A DNA stretch of 64,000 nt from Minisyncoccota bacterium (GTDB lineage: Bacteria; Patescibacteriota; Minisyncoccia; Phycocordibacterales; JAGLPS01). The position numbers were made by a program, and so were the translations under genes. Positions 60,701 to 64,000 of the stretch are shown here, one piece after another. Each line of letters starts with the position of its first letter. Position 1 is the stretch's first letter. A model generated the notes under the pieces. It was given only the letters and a program-made list of their open reading frames with translations. It searched no databases and had not been told where the DNA came from. The stretch lies in contig JAGLPS010000006.1 in assembly GCA_023137185.1 (NCBI GenBank), positions 683-64,682 on the forward strand, in the 5' to 3' direction.

Positions 60701-61465
60701 GAGACGTCTGTTGAGGCGGTCTATCTCTCCTGGCCCTGTTTTTGCGAGAACTTGTTCAAGTTTCTCAGCAAGTATTTCAAGATTAAGATTTTTAAAAATA
60801 TTATAAATTGCCTCGGCTCCGATTCCCGCCTCAAACAATGTTCCATAACGAAGCGAGTACGCGTGATAGGCGACTTCATCCAAAACCTTTCCTTCCTTAA
60901 TCCCCTCTATCTCTTTCTTCGCATTCACAAGACGTTCTTTAAGCTGCTCTTTTGCCTTTGCGTCGGGAAGCGTCTTTATTTTTGCCTTGTATTCCGAATC
61001 GAGGTCCCTAAGAATTCGCTCTTTCTCATCAGGAAACATCTTCGTCACAATATAACCAGCAAAGTAAACCACTTTTTCAATATCAGGAGCTGAAATACCA
61101 AGCAAGAGAGAAATGCGCGAAGGTATGCCTTTGAGAAACCAAACGTGGGAAACAGGACTTGCAAGCTCAATATGTCCCATTCGCTCACGACGAACAATTG
61201 AGCGCGTAATTTCAACACCACATTTCTCGCACACTATTCCTTTGTAGCGAATACCTCGATATTTTCCACAGTAACACTCATAATCTTTATCTGGACCAAA
61301 AATACGCTCATCAAAGAGACCGTTCTTTTCACTCCGCTGTGTACGGTAGTTGATAGTCTCCGGTTTTGTGATTTCTCCGTGAGACCATTCGCGAATTTTG
61401 TCGGGTGAGGCAAGGGCTAGTGTGATAGTGTCAAAATTATTCAAGTTTATTGATGATTTTTTCAT
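57797..61465 (-). CDS. rpoC: RNA polymerase beta' subunit
   Basis: NADFDGDQMAVH, LLGKRVDYSGRS, GEPGTQLTMRTFH. Confidence 0.99.
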   Translation of the reverse strand: MKKSSINLNNFDTITLALASPDKIREWSHGEITKPETINYRTQRSEKNGLFDERIFGPDKDYECYCGKYRGIRYKGIVCEKCGVEITRSIVRRERMGHIELASPVSHVWFLKGIPSRISLLLGISAPDIEKVVYFAGYIVTKMFPDEKERILRDLDSEYKAKIKTLPDAKAKEQLKERLVNAKKEIEGIKEGKVLDEVAYHAYSLRYGTLFEAGIGAEAIYNIFKNLNLEILAEKLEQVLAKTGPGEIDRLNRRLSLIHSMIKACVRPEWMFLTTIPVIPPALRPMVPLDGGRYATSDVNDLYRRVINRNNRLKKLKDINAPDVILRNEKRILQEAVDALLDNSIRHGSTSSAVNQAQRRPLKSLADNLKSKRGLFRQNLLGKRVDYSGRSVIVVGPELKMDECGLPKHMALELFKPFVISKLLDQELAYNIRGANRLIEEGIPEVWAILEDVIKDRHVLLNRAPTLHRLSIQAFRPVLIEGNAIQVHPLVCTAFNADFDGDQMAVHVPLSEEAQMEAREIMASNKNILKPGSGNPIVSAKMLDIVLGCYWMTTKISGEKGEGKYFSSPNSAITAYNFGEIGFRTPIKVLPTEKAKYKAFEGKIFETTVGRLLFNTVLPSDYQYINEEIERKKMAALVDSLIEHCGIENIPSIMDKIKSFGFKYATYAGFTWGIDDIRVPEQKKEIVAKAKIKTEEILGQYKMGLISKDERFRKDIEIWHGTKNEIENLIPETLEKGSSVYDMWKSGARGSLGNFTQMAGMKGLIQNTAGETIDFPIVSSILEGLTSIEYFITTHGSRKGLTDTALNTAKAGYLTRKLFVVAQDVIVTEENCGTKEGVLVEKETASGMDLSIVGSIKGRFLAEDVKSEKGEILFKCDHYLTKNEAQTIETAGITSVRVRSPLTCKSLQGVCVKCYGADLGNNKPIAIGEAIGTIAAQAIGEPGTQLTMRTFHAGGTASVGGDITAGLPRVEEVFEKRKPKNPAVICRLDGVVSEIKETGKDRIIVILPEGGSKGKKESEVEYLVNRHRMILVKSGQVVKKGELLTDGSAMIEELFRYGGREAAERYIIREINKPYELQGESVSRKHIEVIIRQMFSRRKVKNAGGTALSAGDIVDTFVLFRENEKAKEVGEPEAKTVPVVMGITEVSLSKKSFLAAASFQHTTRVLIDSAIRGKEDELVGLMENVIIGRLIPAGTGIEGSPKAEKIHQLQSNFNAKPFAEEK

Positions 61466-61487
61466 AGTAGTGTGGTAGTGATGTTAT

Positions 61488-64000
61488 TTATTTGCTTTCT
61501 CCTTCTTCTTCTCTCTCGACCTTTTTCTGCTCAAGACGAACATCAAGCGCAAGACCTCGTAAATTATGGAGAAGCACATTAAATGATGCTGGTGTATTTA
61601 AGGACGTAATTCGCTCCCCCTTCACAATTGCGTCAAACGCTGCGGCTCTACCCACAATATCGTCAGACTTGATGGTGAGCATTTCCCGCAGAGTATATGA
61701 GGCGCCATAACCAAGAAGCGCCCAAACCTCCATTTCTCCAAAACGCTGCCCTCCTCCTTGCGCTTTTCCACCCAAAGGCTGTTGAGTAATAAGAGAATAT
61801 GGTCCAATCGAGCGCATATGAATTTTGTCTTCTACCATATGGTGGAGTTTCAGTATATACATATACCCGATGGCAATTTTCTGCTCAAACGGCATTCCAG
61901 TCTGTCCGTCAAAGAGTGTTGTTTTTCCGTTTTCTTGATACCCCGCTTTCTGTAACTCTTCTTTAATCTCGTCTACCGATGCGCCAGCAAAAGGAGGAAC
62001 AATTGCCTGATAGTTAAGTGTGTTTGCGGCAAGTCCGAGGTGCATTTCAAGAATCTGACCCAAGTTCATACGCGACGGCACTCCAAGAGGAGTCAAAATC
62101 ACATCAATCGGCGTTCCATCCGGCATATACGGCATATCTTCTTCTGGAAGAATTTTTGAAATAACACCTTTGTTTCCGTGTCGTCCAGCAAGTTTGTCTC
62201 CTACTGACACATTACGCAACTGAGCAACCTCAATATGAATTCTTTTTATGATTCCTGACTCCAACTTATCGCCATTTTCTCGGGAAAATACCTGCACACG
62301 AATAACACGTCCTTGTTTTCCCCCTTCCATTCTCATTGAGGTGTCTTTAACATCGCGAGCTTTTTCTCCAAAGAGTGATCGAAGAAGCCTTTCTTCAGGT
62401 GTAAGCTGTGTTTCACCTTTCGGCGTAATTTTTCCAACAAGGATGTCTCCCGGCCTGACTTCAGCTCCAACACGAATAACTCCATCTTCCGACAGATTTT
62501 TAAGTTTTCCTTCACCAACATTTGGAATATCACAAGTCGTAACCTCTGGTCCAAGTTTAGTGTCGCGAACATTCACCACAAACTCCTCAAGATGGACACT
62601 TGCGAATTTGTTGTTTCGTACAAGCCGTTCTGAAATAATTACGGCGTCTTCGTAGTTTGCTCCAGACCATGACATAAAGGCAACCAGAACATTCTGTCCC
62701 AACGCAAGCTGTCCGCGGTCTGACGTAGAGGTGTCCGCAATCACATCTCCTTTCTTCACCTTCTGTCTTAGAGCAACACTCGGGCGTTGGTGGAACGCAG
62801 TAAAGCCGTTTGTTCGGGAGAAATGAACCAATTTGTGTTCTTTTTCTTTTCCTTTTGCATTTTTGACAACTATCCTGCACCCGTCAACATATTCGACTGT
62901 ACCATCTTCTTCCGCTGTAATAATTCGTCCAGTATCAATTACTGCCCGCTCTTCCACTCCAGTAGCAACAAGCGGCGCTTCAGGGATGATGCAGGGCGTT
63001 GCCTGCTTCTGCATATTTGAACCCATAAGCGCCCGGTTCGCGTCATCATGTTCCAAGAATGGAATACAAGATGTTGCGACAGAAAAAGCTTGGTTAGTGG
63101 CAACATCAACAAAGGCAACCTTGTCGCGAGGCGAAATGTCGGGACGTCCTTTATATCGTACCTCTACATTCTCTTCAATCAGTCTGTCGTTTTCATCAAA
63201 CTTGGCAGCAGCGTGAACAATCGGATATTGCTCTTCTTCTAATGCATTCAAATAAACTATTTCTCCAGTAATTCTTCCTTTTTCCACTTTTACGTATGGT
63301 GTTTCAATCATTCCAAATTGGTCAATCCGCGCATACATAGAAAGACGTAAGATAAGGCCAATGTTTGGACCTTCTGGCGTGTGAATCGGACAAAGTCTCC
63401 CGTAGTGAGAAGGGTGTACGTCACGAACTTCAAAACCAGCGCGAGCTCGAGAGAGCCCCCCAGGTCCCAAGGCAGAGAGTGTTCGTAAGTGTTCAATTTC
63501 AGTCAGTGCGTTTTCCTGTTGCATAAACTGCGAGAGCTGGTTTGTAGTGAAAAATTCTTTAATTCTCGCCTGCAAAGGTTTCGGGCTGATAAACTGCACT
63601 GGAAGTGTTACGTCCGTTTCAATCGTGGACATTCTGTTCTGGATATTTCGCTTTATCTGCGACATACCTACACGAATCTTCTGCTGCATCAACTCCCCAA
63701 CATATCGCACACGACGACTTCCAAGGTGGTCAATATCGTCAGACTGGCTCCCTGGAGTTTGATTTAATGTTGCAATGTGATTGATGATAGTCACGAGGTC
63801 ATTTGAAGAAATCGTTTTATTATTCATTGCCTTTTCGTCAACAGACCTATCGAATCTTTTGTTGAATCTAAATCTTCCGACACGGGAAAGGTCATATCGC
63901 TCCGCGGAAAAAATTCCATTAATGAATTCCCTTGCGTTATCGGCAGTCGCCAAGTCCCCGTCACGAAGACGTTTATGCATATCAATATATGCTTCCTGCA
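61488..64000 (-). CDS. rpoB: RNA polymerase beta subunit (5' part outside the window)
   Basis: EHDDANRALMGSNMQ, GDKLAGRHGNKG, GGQRFGEMEVWAL. Confidence 0.98.
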   Translation of the reverse strand, partial: QEAYIDMHKRLRDGDLATADNAREFINGIFSAERYDLSRVGRFRFNKRFDRSVDEKAMNNKTISSNDLVTIINHIATLNQTPGSQSDDIDHLGSRRVRYVGELMQQKIRVGMSQIKRNIQNRMSTIETDVTLPVQFISPKPLQARIKEFFTTNQLSQFMQQENALTEIEHLRTLSALGPGGLSRARAGFEVRDVHPSHYGRLCPIHTPEGPNIGLILRLSMYARIDQFGMIETPYVKVEKGRITGEIVYLNALEEEQYPIVHAAAKFDENDRLIEENVEVRYKGRPDISPRDKVAFVDVATNQAFSVATSCIPFLEHDDANRALMGSNMQKQATPCIIPEAPLVATGVEERAVIDTGRIITAEEDGTVEYVDGCRIVVKNAKGKEKEHKLVHFSRTNGFTAFHQRPSVALRQKVKKGDVIADTSTSDRGQLALGQNVLVAFMSWSGANYEDAVIISERLVRNNKFASVHLEEFVVNVRDTKLGPEVTTCDIPNVGEGKLKNLSEDGVIRVGAEVRPGDILVGKITPKGETQLTPEERLLRSLFGEKARDVKDTSMRMEGGKQGRVIRVQVFSRENGDKLESGIIKRIHIEVAQLRNVSVGDKLAGRHGNKGVISKILPEEDMPYMPDGTPIDVILTPLGVPSRMNLGQILEMHLGLAANTLNYQAIVPPFAGASVDEIKEELQKAGYQENGKTTLFDGQTGMPFEQKIAIGYMYILKLHHMVEDKIHMRSIGPYSLITQQPLGGKAQGGGQRFGEMEVWALLGYGASYTLREMLTIKSDDIVGRAAAFDAIVKGERITSLNTPASFNVLLHNLRGLALDVRLEQKKVEREEEGESK

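Overview
The gene content (class II RNR, compact RpoB/RpoC, Lys-rich RpoD N-terminus, few biosynthetic genes, dense intergenic palindromes) suggests a Patescibacteria (CPR, Parcubacteria-like) chromosome; this assignment is inference. The left part (1-14.5 kb) carries nrdJ-pduO, pyrE, a D,D-carboxypeptidase, a cold-shock protein and metal/redox genes. The centre (about 14.6-36.2 kb) is an AT-rich defence/accessory island anchored at tRNA-Asn. The right part is mostly housekeeping (S8 protease, sugar genes, rpmG, eno, hisS, uppP, DsbA, UvrD, rpoD, dnaG, rpoC, partial rpoB). The most striking structure is a tandem array of three defence cassettes between a fused endonuclease-methyltransferase gene and its hsdS partner. 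The cassettes are separated by two 126-bp chimeric junctions, each joining the hsdS start to the hsdM end at the same crossover, which suggests an integron-like cassette array built from restriction-modification gene ends. Other notable items: a series of tRNA-3'-end-like att sites that delimit cassettes next to tRNA-Asn; a GIY-YIG mini-element with terminal inverted repeats and an apparent target duplication, plus a related non-coding element; a candidate sRNA convergent with a NYN RNase gene; an in-frame palindrome insertion in the HsdS linker; and a triplicated repeat-protein expression unit. All calls were made by eye from the sequence and ORF translations, with no database searches.
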